Source: Hyphochytrium catenoides (Eukaryota; Protista; Hyphochytriomycota). From it: a DNA stretch of 64,000 bases. The notes beneath the pieces are model-generated. The model had not been told where the DNA came from and made no database searches. It saw only the letters and a list, made by a program, of their open reading frames with translations. Shown one piece after another: positions 23,087-35,680 of this stretch; the first letter of the stretch is position 1; each line of letters starts with the position of its first letter. The DNA is taken from NCBI GenBank assembly GCA_900088475.1, contig FLMG01002622.1:124001-188000 (forward strand), given 5' to 3'. The translations under genes and the position numbers were made by a program.

Positions 23087-23123
23087 TCCTTGGCTTCTTA
23101 GCTTCGTATACCCGTTTACTCAT
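17153..23123 (-). CDS. AGC-family Ser/Thr kinase of the DFD/insertion type (AGCVIII / Fpk1-Kin82-Nrc2-like), multi-exon
   Basis: VLGKGNVGKVWLV (~22150), FFALKEL (~21590), HPFIVNLYASFQT (~21030), IHLRGYVYR-DLKPENLLL (20550/19880), SDFDLS (~19830), SKSFVGTLEYVAPE (~19000), VDWWTFG-VLLYEM, IKSHPFF, KPPFLP; stop at 17153. The start codon is uncertain (ATG at 23123 by tentative splicing, or 22632). Confidence 0.93.
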
Positions 23124-23649
23124 CCTCCCTTCCTCTCGCAGCTTTGTATCACTTCTTCTTGTCGGCCTTGCCTATTTGTTTCTCTCTTCCTCTCCTTTCC
23201 GCTCCATAATATTATTTCCCTTTCTGCTCTTTCTATCTTTCTGTCTCTTCTTTCTCTCTGTCTCTCTCCCCCCTTTCTAATCCTTTGCGTTTCTTCCAAT
23301 TCTCTCTCTTCTCTTGTCTTCTCTCCCCCTTCTCTTTTCCTTTTCCTGTCCTTGTAGTCCACTGGCTCTTTCTTTAGAATGTGTTCAGTGATGTCACAGA
23401 GATAACGGACGATAGGGCTAGAGTGCACCATCATCCACATTCTTGACACTTAGCGCTTATAATGTCAATATCTTTGAATACTGTCCAATAGTGTTTAGAA
23501 TAAGGCTTCGAACATCAGCCTTCATTCTGATAGAACACTGACCCGTTACAATTCTAAATATAATCTATAGTCATTAGGACTAAGCTCAGTTTAAATCTGT
23601 CCTATCCAGGATATATGAGCCAAAACAGACCTAAAGTGAGTATATTCCT

Positions 23650-23725
23650 TCCAGCCAATCACCGATGAGGATAAGAATAGAACAACCAATCAGATCGCCC
23701 TTGATAAACCAGTATCCAATGAAAA
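23650..23725 (+). promoter_or_regulatory. Three phased CCAAT (NF-Y-type) boxes in the divergent kinase/NmrA intergenic region
   Basis: CAGCCAATCA (CCAAT at 23655), CAACCAATCA (23686) and ATCCAATGA (23716); spacing 31 and 30 bp, inside a repeat-free island. Confidence 0.55.
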
Positions 23726-24049
23726 GGCCACAAGTCTGACCACTAACAGGATGATTTGAGCCCTCGCAAGTGTATGTCGCCCAAGAATGTGCGTAAAATC
23801 TGTTAATCATTCGTCAGTGGGTGTTCCATAATACGGATAAGGAGCGCTCCTTTCAGAAAAGCGTAGCTCTACCATTTGGAGCGCTCCTTGACGTGCGATG
23901 GTATAACTTGAGCGTACATTGTGGCACGGGCGTAGGTAAAACGAAAAGGGAGAGAGGAAAGGTGCGGATGCTGGAGGTCGATGGAGAAGGGGTAAGACAG
24001 AGAGGACAGAGGACAAGAGAGAGAGAAAGAGAGAGAGAGAGTGCGTGAG

Positions 24050-24084
<35 letters not shown>

Positions 24085-24497
24085 GGGAAAGAGAGAGAGA
24101 CAGAAAGCGAGAGAGAGAGAGACATTTCGCTGAGGACGACGTGTATCTTGTGAAGTACAGAAAGATATCGAATGAGGAAGAATAGCAACGAAGCTTGCTC
24201 TGCTAAAAGCTTTCACCACTCAGTTCCTTCATATCTCTCTTTCAGCGTCACCTCCTGCTAGTAGGAGTTTAGAAGATAGATGATGAGGAAGAGAATGAGA
24301 ATCAGAGTCTCCATTCGTGTCGTCCTGCTTTTGTTGACCTCTTTCTCTCTCTTCTTGGACGTTCTTCCCAGGCTTCCCTCACACTTCTTTTTTTCCTCCG
24401 CAGTGAGCTGGTCTACAGTCCAAGACAGTACAGAGATAGAGTCCTACGAAGAGGGCTAGACTGAAATAACCTAGGGAAGGAGAGACTGACGATAAAG

Positions 24498-26231
24498 ATG
24501 GTAGAGAGAGACTTATCCTCCTCACACGGGGGGAGAGAGACAAAGGTGGTTGCCCTCGCTGGTGTCGGGGGCCTTGGGTCTCACGTGCTCGAAGTGATGC
24601 TTCGACAACTCTCTCTCTCTCTGTCCTCCTCTCCCTCTCCATCAACAACAACTTCTTCTTTCCCTTCATCTTCTTCTCTATATCAACCTCTCGTCCTCAC
24701 GAGAAAGAATGGCGGAGGCTTCTCTCTCTCCCATTCTTTCTCCGCTGAAGATGAGGAGAAGGTGCTGGTTGAGCCGGTGGACTATCAAGACGTAGAGGAC
24801 CTTAGAGGCGTCTTCGTCAAGCATAAAGTGTATGCCGTCGTCTCCTTCCTCAACCTTCTCATGGAGCCGAAGATCCATCAGCAGGTGCACGAGAATATGA
24901 TAAGGGCAGCCGAGATTGCCGGGGTCAAGCGGTTCATTCCCAGCGAATGGGCAACAGATGTCCGAAAGTAAGTGATTCAGCGTGGAAGAGAAGAAAGTAG
25001 GAAAATAGAGAGACAAAGAGAGAGGGAGAGAGAGAACAAGAGAGACACACATAGTTCTAGAGAAACGACCGGAGAAAGAGATAATAAGAGAGACGGAGAC
25101 AGATCGAGAACGTGTGAAGAGCCTGAGACAGAGGGAGAAGAGATAGATAGAGAGGGAGACACCAAAGGCAAGCAAGTCACGGGCAGGAGTCAACGTCCAA
25201 AGAAGGAAGAAGAGGAGAAGAACATAGAAGACCCGGCTGACACTTTTATTGGCTTTTTCTTCTTCTTTCGTCTAGGTTCCCGGACTTCCCTGCGTTGTAC
25301 AGTGGAAAGATCCCTATAAGAGAGGCTCTCGCACGCTCCTCTTCTCTTGAGTATACTCTTCCCTGCACGGGCCTCTTTATGGACTATCTTCTCCCTCCAG
25401 GAGGAAAGAAGTTCTTGAAAGATGTCTCTATTCCTGTCAACATTCAGAAGAGAATTGCCAAGATTCCCGGGACAGGGAACGAAGCAGTGACCCTAACTGC
25501 TGGAGAAGACATAGGAAAAGCTGTGGTTTGGCTTTTGGACAGGCCCAAAGGGTCTTGGCCCATCTTCTCTTACATCAGAGGAGAGACGACCACCTGGAAC
25601 CAAGTGCTTCAGGAGGCAGAGAGAGTCATCGGTAAGTCATTTCTCTCTTCCCTTGGTGGTTCTATTGTTGCCATTATTAGTGCCTGTCTTCCTCTCTCTT
25701 GCTGAACTTCGTCGTCTTCTTTTTCTCCCTCTGTCTCGCGGTCTGTGTCTCTCTTTCCCCCTGCCCCAACCCATCTCTCTCTCTCTCTCTCTTCGTTTGT
25801 CTGTCAGACTGTCTCTCTATCTGGCTGCTGTCAGACTGTCTGCTCTCTCTCTCTCTCTCTCTCTCTCTCTAGCTTCTCTCTCTTATAGAGTCTATTTTTA
25901 TCATCGGGAAGAGACTCTTGACCTTCTATGCCCCTCCCTTCAACCCTTTAACTCACTGTTCTCAAATGTAGGAGTTCCCTTCTCAGTAGAATACGTTCCC
26001 GAAGAAATGATAGAGAGAGAGATAGCCATCGCGAGAGAGAAAGGGAACCCTCTCCCTCTCTTCTATGCCGAAGTTGACGCACTCTACTCTCATGGGGCGT
26101 TGGGTCTCCCTGAGGGAGAATTTGAGGGGGAAGTGAGAGAGAGAATGACGGTCAGCAGACTGATAAGGGAGAGCTACTCATCTTCTTCCACTTCTTCGCC
26201 AGCAGTACCTACATCTCCGTCTCTCTCCTGA
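24498..26231 (+). CDS. NmrA-like / isoflavone reductase-family NAD(P)-binding oxidoreductase, 3 exons
   Basis: Exons 24498-24967, 25276-25631, 25972-26231. Rossmann start KVVALAGVGGLGSHV, VDY, AAEIAGVKRFIPSEW, YSGKIPIREAL, EYT...TGLFMDY, GTGNEAVTLTAGEDIGKAV. Confidence 0.92.
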
Positions 26232-26312
26232 TAGACCCGACTAAACGGTTGATGATGATGATCACAGTAATGAATGACTCACTCTGTTGTTGTTCCTCCT
26301 CTGGTGCTGTCA

Positions 26313-26352
<40 letters not shown>

Positions 26353-27854
26353 CTCTCTCTCTCTCGCACACTCACCTTGTCTCTCTCTCGCTCTCGTCTC
26401 TCTCGCTCTCGTTTTCTCTCTCTCTCTCTATTCTCACACACTCACCTTCTCTCTCTCGTCTTTCTCGCTCTCGTTTTTTCTTTCTCCTCTCTCTCTCTCT
26501 CTCTCTCTCTTTCCCTCTTATTCTAATGAGAGAGGAGAGAGAGAGACACCAAGAGGAACCGTTGTCCATAGTAAACAATAAAAAGGCCAACTCGAAGAAG
26601 GTAACTGCAGAAAAGGAGGAGAAACAAAAAAATTAATGGGCGATTTTGTATGAATAAACTTCATAAAAATGGCTTCCATAAAGTGAGAAAAGAGCGGATG
26701 GCTTATTTAGGAAAACAGTGCAGAAGCCAAATAACAAATAAGGAAATTTTTTATAAATTGAAATGGGAATAAAACTTTGTACTTCAACTTCCAAAACATC
26801 GACGAGACAGAAGGGACAATGAATGAAAAACTAGAGAGACTGTGAAAAAGAGAGCCAGAGAGAGAGGCCGCGAAAGAGAGACAGAGACAGAGAGAGAGAG
26901 AGAGAGAGGAAGAGGGGGGAGAGAGAGAGAATGGGAGACAGAGTAGAGAGAGAGAGACCACGAAAGAGAGACAGAGAGAGAGAGATAGGGGAGGGGGGGG
27001 GAGAGAGAGAGAGAGAATGGGAGACAGAGCAGAGAGAGAGAGAGTGAAGGTCGTATTCCTAAAGCAGTCTGGCACTCTGATCCTTTGATCCTTGGGAGGA
27101 CACTCACTCATTGTGGGCAGGGAGAGATAGTGGGCGAGAGGCAGAACATCAGAGAGAGAGAGAGAGGGAAAGAGACATTGAATAGAGGGAGAGAGAGAGA
27201 GAGAAGAGAAAGAGAGAGAGAAAAGAGAGAGAGAGAAAGGGAGGGACGGACGCAGTTAGAGAAAGGGAGAAGTATTGGGAAGCTGGTTGTAGGTGAGGAA
27301 GAGAGGGACCAAGAGGAGAGAGACGGAGGAACGATGAAGGCAACAACAGACAAACCGCAGAAGAAGGGAAGAAAGAAGAGGTGAGAGACAATCGAGAAGG
27401 GAGAGAGGATTTGAAGAGAGAGACGGTTAAAGAGAGAAACGAACGACAGAGAGAGAGAGAGAGAGAAAAAGAGAGAGAGAGAATGAGACGAAAGCTGCTC
27501 TTATAAGTGTCACTCCGAAAACTTCTCTCTGCAAAAGAATCAACGACGGCGCGAGTGTGAAGAGAGAACTATCCAGGAAGTGTGGGTAAGAGCTGCTCCT
27601 AGAATAGAGATAACAATCTCTCTCTCTCCTTCTTTCTCTCTTTCTCTCCGTGCTCCTCTGCATGTTCTTCATTTGTCCCGGGACTCCGCATTATATTAAG
27701 ACTCCTGGCGCCTTTCTCTCCAAGGGCTGCTCTCTCTCTCTCTTGTGGTTGCTCTTCTCTTCAGAGGATATTTTCATCTTCTTCTTCGTTCATTACTTCC
27801 CTCTTCCGCGCCCTCTCTCTCTCTCCCTCTTTCTCTCTCGATGTCTCTCCCTCT

Positions 27855-27904
<50 letters not shown>

Positions 27905-28019
27905 CCTTTTATTGTTACCAAGGCGCTTACTTCTCCTTCTTCACGGATCTTCCTTCACCCGTTTGCTTTTGCGAAAGAAGACAGATAAAGGAAAGGATAA
28001 GAAAAGAGAGAGAACGAAC

Positions 28020-28316
28020 ATGGGCTCTTCTCTCTCTTCCTCAGCTTCCCCGCCACCGCTTCCGCCTGGCGTTCCCAAGTCTCTCCCGGGAGACATAGAA
28101 GAACTTCGGTCGTCTCTCTCTCCGCAAGCCAAGCTGATTCTCCCTTCTGACGCGCAGTACAACGAGCTTCGCCTATCGAAGAGGTGGGAAAGGGAGAAAG
28201 AGGGACGTGGATGGAGAGGAAAGAGAAAGGAGAGGAGAAGCGACAGAGAGAGAGAGAGAGAGAAAAAGAGAGAAGGGGGAGAGAAAGAAGAGAGACAGAG
28301 AGAGGGAGACAGAGAG

Positions 28317-28355
<39 letters not shown>

Positions 28356-28535
28356 ATTCGACGGAGAGGGGAAGTGCGATGACTGCGAAGAGAAGAGAAG
28401 ACTGTAAATAGAGAGAGAGAAAGAGAGAGACTTTACCTGTCCGTTCTGTAGCGATCTGTACCCTCTTTCTATCCAGCATCACCTTCCCTTTTTCTTTCCA
28501 ATTATCCTCGCATCTTCTTCCGCCCACTTTCCCCC

Positions 28536-28584
<49 letters not shown>

Positions 28585-29249
28585 GAACATGGAATCGCGA
28601 CTATGCTGGTTATCCGAGCGCCATTGTGGTTGTGGGAAACAAGGAAGATGTTGCTGCCGCGATAAAGTTCGCAGCCAAATATGAAGAGATAAAGTGCGCC
28701 GTCACCTGCGGAAGACACGGTGAGCAGTCCTCTTCCCCTCCAGTTTGTTGACCTCTTCTCTCTCTCTCTCTCTCTCTCATGCTCCCTCTTTCTTTTTCCC
28801 TCTTCTTACGGTCTCTCTCTCTTTGCTTCCAATGCATTGTCGCTGACTCTTTCTTTCTATATCTTTCTGTTCGTGGGGTCTCTTTCGTCCTCTCTCTCTT
28901 TCTCTCTTTTTCTCTCTTTTTCTCTCTCTCACTCTCTCTCTCTCACACCCACACAGGTGTGCATTGCTTGCCTACGGACGCGATGGTCATTGACCTCAGG
29001 TGTGGCTTTCTGTGGAGTGTCTCTCTTCTTATCTATTTCCTTTCTCTCTTTGTAAGAGGCTCTCTCTTTCTTTTTTCACTTCTGCTTAATATCCCTCATC
29101 TTTTCTCTCTCTTCTGGAGCGTGACGGGCAGGGGGGCTTCCCTTCCCTCTCTTGCAACTCTTCCTATCTCTTCTCTCCTGTTCTCTCCCTGTTAGCCCTC
29201 CTACCAACTCTAGCGCCTGGTTCCAGACGGTCTCTCTCTCTCTCTCCTC

Positions 29250-29291
<42 letters not shown>

Positions 29292-29527
29292 TGTGTCCAC
29301 CTTAGTACTCCCTGGTCACTCCTGTCTCTCTTCTCTTTCTCTCTCACACACACATCCTTTAACTCTCTCTCTCTCTCTCTTTTTCTGCCCTGCCAGTGAG
29401 CTGAATCATATTGAGGTGGACAAAGAGAGAAAGAGAGTGAAAGTCGGTGGAGGCTCCAGGTTGGGACAGATGGACGAAGCGCTGGAGCCACACAAGTTAG
29501 CAGTCACCGCGGGTAAGGGCTGCTCTC

Positions 29528-29568
<41 letters not shown>

Positions 29569-30149
29569 TCTTCTTCCGCATTTGATTTTCTTTCTCCCTT
29601 CCTTCTGCTCTGTTATCTTTTTGCGTCTGCTGGGCCGTGACTCTCTCTTTTATGTGGCAACAACCTTTGTCCCTTCTCTTTTTCTCTCTTTCTCTCTCGG
29701 CACTTCTCCTCTCTACTTTTTCTTAACCTTTGTTCCGCTCTCTTTGCCCTTTTCTCTCTTACACTGCCTCTTTCTCCTTGTTTTCCCTCCTCTCACTTGC
29801 TCTCTCTCTCTCTCTCTCTCTCCTTCTCTCTCTTTTTATCTGTAGGTCATGTTCGCTCAACAGGCGTTGGAGGCTTAACTCTTCTCGGCGGCCACGGCAT
29901 TTTGGAGAGAAAGTTCGGCTTGACGGTGGACCACTTGGTTTCTATGGAAGTGGTGCTGGCCACAGGGGAGATAGTGAGAGCAACTCGTCCCTCTCTCTCT
30001 CCCTCTCTCTCTTCTTCTCTCTCTCCCTCGGACAACGAAGATCTCTTTTGGGCTCTCACTGGAGGAGGAGGAAACTTTGGCGTGGTGACAGAGTTTGAAT
30101 TCGAAGCTTTTGAACTTCCTCATGACGGACTGGTAAGGGAAGACAGAGT

Positions 30150-30187
<38 letters not shown>

Positions 30188-30607
30188 ACAAGAGAGAAGA
30201 GAGGCGTTTCCTCTTTCAATACTGAGTAGCACTTCGCAGTCTCTGTCATTCTCTTCTGTCATTTTATTCCGCCCTACTCTTCTTTATCTCTCTCTGTTAA
30301 CGTGTCCCTCTCTCACTTGTGGTTCGCTTCTCTCTTTCTCTCTCTCTCTTCTTAGTTTCTAGGAAACCAAAATGAGCCTTTCCAACTTGTTGTCCCCGTT
30401 CTTCTCTCTCTTTCTTTCTCTCTCCGTTCTTCTCTCTCTCTCTCTTCCTCTCTGTCTCCCTCTCTCGCTTCGATTGTCTTTCTCTCTCCTTCTCTCTCCT
30501 TTTCTCTAGCTCTTGGCTGGCCCACGCGTGGTTCCACCTCTGGGTTTTGGACCATTTCGCTCTCGCCGTGAGCTCCTTGACCAATGGGCCAAGTTCACGT
30601 AAGTAAC

Positions 30608-30667
<60 letters not shown>

Positions 30668-30994
30668 ACAGAGGGGGGAGTTTGAAGTGGAAAAGAGAAG
30701 AAACATGGACCATTGACTTGCTCTTTCTCTCTCCTAGAGAGAATGCTCCCGATGAGTTGAGCGGTATGATGATTCTCCCTGCCGGCGGTCCAGTGATTCA
30801 GTATCCAGTGTGGCTAGGCGACCATGATGCTGGTGGAGGCTCTCTCTTTCTCTCCCTCTCTCTTTCTCTCTCTCTTCCCTTCCCCGTCCCTCATTCTGTC
30901 CGTCGTTCTCATGTTCCCTTCTCTTCTTCCAACGCTCTCAGTTCCCTCGTTGTCCATGTCTCTTTTTTCTCCTGGTCTCCTTCTCGCCCAACGA

Positions 30995-31036
<42 letters not shown>

Positions 31037-31615
31037 TCTCTCTCTTCTTTCTCTCTCCAATCTCTTATAAAACCTCTCACTCTCTCTTCTCAGGTCGGAA
31101 GTACTTTCAGGAAAGACTGACCTCTCTCCCTGACGCTGGATGGTCGCTTGTCTCCTCTTTCAAGCCGCGGAGCTATTGGAAGGAGATACAAAGAGCCGCG
31201 CCTGACAAGCAGGGATATTACTATATGAAGGGTCAGCCTTCTCTCTCCTGTCTCTCCTTCTCCCTCTCTCTCGTATCCGTCCTTGTCCCTCTCGCTCTTT
31301 TTCTCTCTCTCTCTCTCTTACGCCCTCTCTTCCTTTCCATTTATATGCTTTCTGCCTTTTCTCATTTCCATGCTCTCTTGCGTGGCCTTCGTCTCTCGCC
31401 ATTTCTCTTCTTTTCTTGGCTCTTCCTCGCGATGTATGTATATGCTCTCTTTCGCTTTCTTTTGTCTCTTCTTCTTCATTCTATTTCTCTCTTTCCTCTC
31501 TCTCTCCCTCTTTTTTATTGGTTATTCTCTCTCTCTTTTTTCACGCCTCTGTCTCTCTTTCTGCAATCGTAGCCTCCTCTTCCTTTTCCCGTCTTTAGGA
31601 CTAGCACTAGGGTAA

Positions 31616-31662
<47 letters not shown>

Positions 31663-31685
31663 TCTCTCTCTCTCTCTCTCTCTCC

Positions 31686-31728
<43 letters not shown>

Positions 31729-32685
31729 CTCTTTGTAGGCGTTCTTCTCCCTTCTCTCTCTCCTGAGGTGCACAATATACTGGCAGGAGCTATAGAGGCT
31801 GCGCCGCCAAAAAGCGTCTTGCTGCTGAATCTTCTGGGAGGAGCCGCTGGAAGAGTGCCGCTGGAGGTTCGTCCATTGGGTTCTAGGGACGAGAGAAAGA
31901 GAGAGAGAAAGACAAAGAGAGAGAGAGAGAGAGAGAGAGAAGGACAAAGAGAGAGAGAGAGAGAGAAAGACAAAGAGAGAGAGAGAAAAAGAGAACGCAG
32001 GAGGAAGAGAAAGAGAGAAAGCGTGCAACGAAACGAGAGAGAGTTAAGAGGGGGGAGAAAATTGGAAGAGAGAGATATAAATTAAAGGTGAGGGCGAAAG
32101 AGAGAGAGAAAGAGATTAGGGCACGAAGTGAGGCTTCAAGCTGGAAGAGAGAACAACGAGGATATGCTTTCTGCTTTCTCCCCAGCTCTGGACCCTCCTG
32201 CTTAAAAAGCCTCTTTCAATTTCCGACTCACTATTTTGTCAACATCCTCTCTCTCTCTCTCTCTCTTCTCCCTCTCTCTCCCCTCCTCTTCCTCTCTCTC
32301 TCTCTCTTTGTCTCTCTGTCTCTCTCTCTCTCTCTCCTATTTGCCTCTCTTGGTCCAGAGTACGGCTCTTCCCCATCGTAAGTTTGAGCATTGGGTTATT
32401 GTCCTGGGAGAGTGGGACGGCACGGCTCGGACAGCGCAACAAGAGAAAGAGAAGGTCCAGAACTGGGTAAGAGAGACAGCGGCCAAGCTCCAACCTCACG
32501 CGGTAGGAAGATATGGCGTAGCGGGCGGTACACTTGGAGGGGGAGACGAGGGAGAGAAAGAGAGAGAGAACTGGCACGATGTCTACGGCCAGCACTATCC
32601 TCGTCTCCAGAAAGTGAAGAGAAAGTTTGATCCCAAGAATCTCTTCCGCTCTAATGAGAACATTGTACCAGCCTCGGAGGATTGA
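28020..32685 (+). CDS. FAD-linked oxidase, berberine-bridge-enzyme / 6-hydroxy-D-nicotine oxidase-like (FAD_binding_4 + BBE domain), multi-exon
   Basis: Exons ~28020-28183, 28586-28719, 28957-28999, 29397-29512, 29846-30132, 30510-30598, 30739-30832, 31094-31231, 31739-31866, 32359-32685. Motifs: WN...YPSAIV...EDVAAAIKFA, CGRH, MVIDLS, STGVGGLTLLGGHG, GLTVDHLVSMEVVLATGE, DLFWALTGGGGNFGVVTEFEF, C-terminal VYGQHYPRLQKVKRKFDPKNLFRSNENI. Confidence 0.95.
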
Positions 32686-32911
32686 AGAATGGAAAGAGAT
32701 GGCAGAGACAGGAAGGGAGAGAGAGAGAAACAAAGAGGGAGAGTGGGAGCAAGAGGGAAGGAAGAGAGAAGAGAGACCCAGAGAGAGAGAGAGAGAGAAC
32801 ATGTAAATGACGTGTAGACGAGTTAATCAGAATGATGAGCTTTCACCATGTAAAGAGATAGCTTATGTACAACAACTACTTCTCTCTTCTCTCTTTTCTG
32901 TCTCCTAGATT

Positions 32912-32969
<58 letters not shown>

Positions 32970-33379
32970 TCATTCATCATTGTTGCCTTCTTTCCCCCCT
33001 CACAATTATCATGACATTGGTCGTTGTTCATCCTCTTTCTTTCTTCTCTGTTACTATCCTTTCCTTCTTCTCTACTACTAAATAAGCTCTTTGACTTAAC
33101 TCCTTCACCTTCTTGTCGTCTCCCTTTGAATGTTCACTCCGTCTTTTTCTCTGCATAGCCACAGCAAGTCTTTCTCTTCTTCCTCGATTCTCATAAAGTA
33201 AATAAGTAAGGAGCGTTTTCTGATGTAACGACCAGCACAAAGGGAGGGAGGGGTAGAAGAGAAAGGGAAGAAGGGGAAGGCAGAGAGAAAAAGAGAGAGA
33301 GAGAGAGGGAGAGAGAGAGAGAGAGAGANNNNNNNNNNNNNNNNNNNNNNNNNNNNNNNNNGAGAGAGACAGAGAGGGA

Positions 33380-33411
<32 letters not shown>

Positions 33412-33558
33412 AGAGAGAGAGAGAAAGAAAGAGAGAAAGAGGCAACATCAATCCTATCTCTCCTCTTCATCATCAAAACTTCCTGGAGATACAGAAACCC
33501 TCCAGGACAAGCAGTTCAAAAGATTTGAAAGTTCGACAGTCCACTTCTCTCTCTCTTC

Positions 33559-33617
<59 letters not shown>

Positions 33618-33878
33618 TTCTGCCTTTTCTCTCGCCCTCTGTCTCCCCCTCTCTTTCTGTCTCTGTCTCTCTCTCTCTCTGTCCTTCTCTCTCTCTCCTT
33701 TCTCTCTTTCTTTCTCTTTCTTTGTCCTTTGCCTCGATGGCGATAGTTCCGTTCTCCCAACTCCTCTCTGGTCTCGCGGCTAGATCTACATTTCGCTGGC
33801 TGGGGGAGTTTTCTGTTTCCCTTTGCCCGTTGCTGTTACTTGCTTCGCACTTGGGCCGTGGGAGGCTGCGCTTTCACC

Positions 33879-33945
<67 letters not shown>

Positions 33946-34066
33946 GTGCTATCTTTCTGCCTTCGCTGACCGTGGTCAACAAAACTAGCAATCCTCTCTT
34001 TCTCTTTCTCAAACCCTCGACTCCTCTGCCGTCATTCCTTCTTCCATCATCCTCATAGAGCGAATA

Positions 34067-34317
34067 ATGAAGAGAATTTTGCTTCCAAAGCCCTCTGGAG
34101 GAGTCCCTTCGACGGACAGCGATAGACGAGAAGGAGAAGAAGGAGGAAGACCGGCAGCAGCGGTAAATGTCTTTTGTCTTCTCTCTCTCTCTCTCTCTCT
34201 CTCCCTCTCTCTCTCTCTGTGTGTCTCTCTCTCTCAACGAGAGATGGTGTCTTAGTGGCTTTTTGCGTTTTATAATAGCTTTTGCGTCTCTTTTCACGGA
34301 TTACTTGCCCGCTGCAC

Positions 34318-34392
<75 letters not shown>

Positions 34393-34560
34393 TTTCTTTC
34401 TCTCTCTCTCTTTCTTTTGTCTCTCTCTCTCTATCCTATCATTTTCTCTCCCCCGTTAGAGAGGTATCTTTCTTCTCTGTCTCATCTTCACAGCCACGAT
34501 GCGTCTTCCAAAGATCCTTTTTTTGCTTCTTCTCAAACATAACTCTGCTGGACGCGCCCC

Positions 34561-34615
<55 letters not shown>

Positions 34616-34644
34616 CTCTGTCTCTCTCTCTCTCTGTCTCTGTC

Positions 34645-34688
<44 letters not shown>

Positions 34689-35680
34689 TCGATCTCCAGC
34701 GCCCTAAATCTCCGCCTCGAGGTCGAGCTTCCACCTCATCCAAAGGCTCAGGCAGCAGAGTGGGCGGGCGACCGTATGGCGCCAAGAATTATACGCAAGA
34801 AGACGTGGACTCTCTCTTAGAGCTCGTCAACGAGTATCTTCCCATCAAGACAGAGGACTGGAAAGCCGTTGCTAAAGCGTACAACCAGAAGGCGAGAGAT
34901 GAATATAGAGCGGTGAGAGATGCGGAGAAGTTGAAGAAGAAGTTTGGAGAGCTTCACAGCCGGACGGACAAGAGAGGACTGAAGATTGGCGATGTAGCTA
35001 AAGCAACGCAGATCAATAGACGTATATGGGAAAAGAGAAATGGAAAGGGAGAAGAGAGACAAGAAAGAGAGGAAGAAGACGAAGAGCAGCAGGAGAGAAG
35101 AGAGCAAGACGAAGAAGGAGAGAATGTCTCGACTGGTGACAAAGAGCAAGAAGAAGCGGAAGCAGAAGAGAGCACTGGCAGAGTAGAGAGAGAAGTAAGA
35201 GAGGAAGATGAAGGTAGGCCATCAGCACGCAGAAGAGAAGAGGAGCGCGGAGAGAGACGAGAGACTCGACGTTCACCGGGAAAAGAAAGCGGCTCAACCT
35301 CATCAAAGAAACGAAGACGAGGAGAGACACGACAGACAGATACAGAGGAGCAGGAAGAAGGAGTGCCCAGCCCGAGCAATGATGAGGAGAGACGAAGAGA
35401 AAGAGAAAGAAGAAGAAGAGACATGTCAACAGATGACCCTCTTCGAACCTTCCTTCTCTCGCAGCAAAGTCCAGGAGTCTTAGAATACCGAGTGAAGAGC
35501 CTGGAGGACGAAGTGAAGAGGTTGAGAGATGACGTTAAGAGGCTGGAGAGAGCGTTGAACTCTGGTCTCTCAGAAATGAAGAGCACGATTATCCAGGCTC
35601 TTCTCTCCCATTCTTCTTCCTCCTCCGCTCCTGCTATTGGTGCCGGATCAGGAAGGTCAGGAGGACGTGCGGCAATCTGA
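34067..35680 (+). CDS. Myb/SANT-like DNA-binding-domain protein (DUF6818-like) with acidic linker and C-terminal coiled coil
   Basis: Exons 34067-34162 and 34700-35680 join in frame (~358 aa). GRPYGAKNYTQEDVDSLLELVNEYLPIKTEDWKAVAKAYN...RDAEKLKKKFGEL is a helix-turn-helix Myb-like pattern; LEYRVKSLEDEVKRLRDDVKRLERAL is a heptad repeat. Confidence 0.75.
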
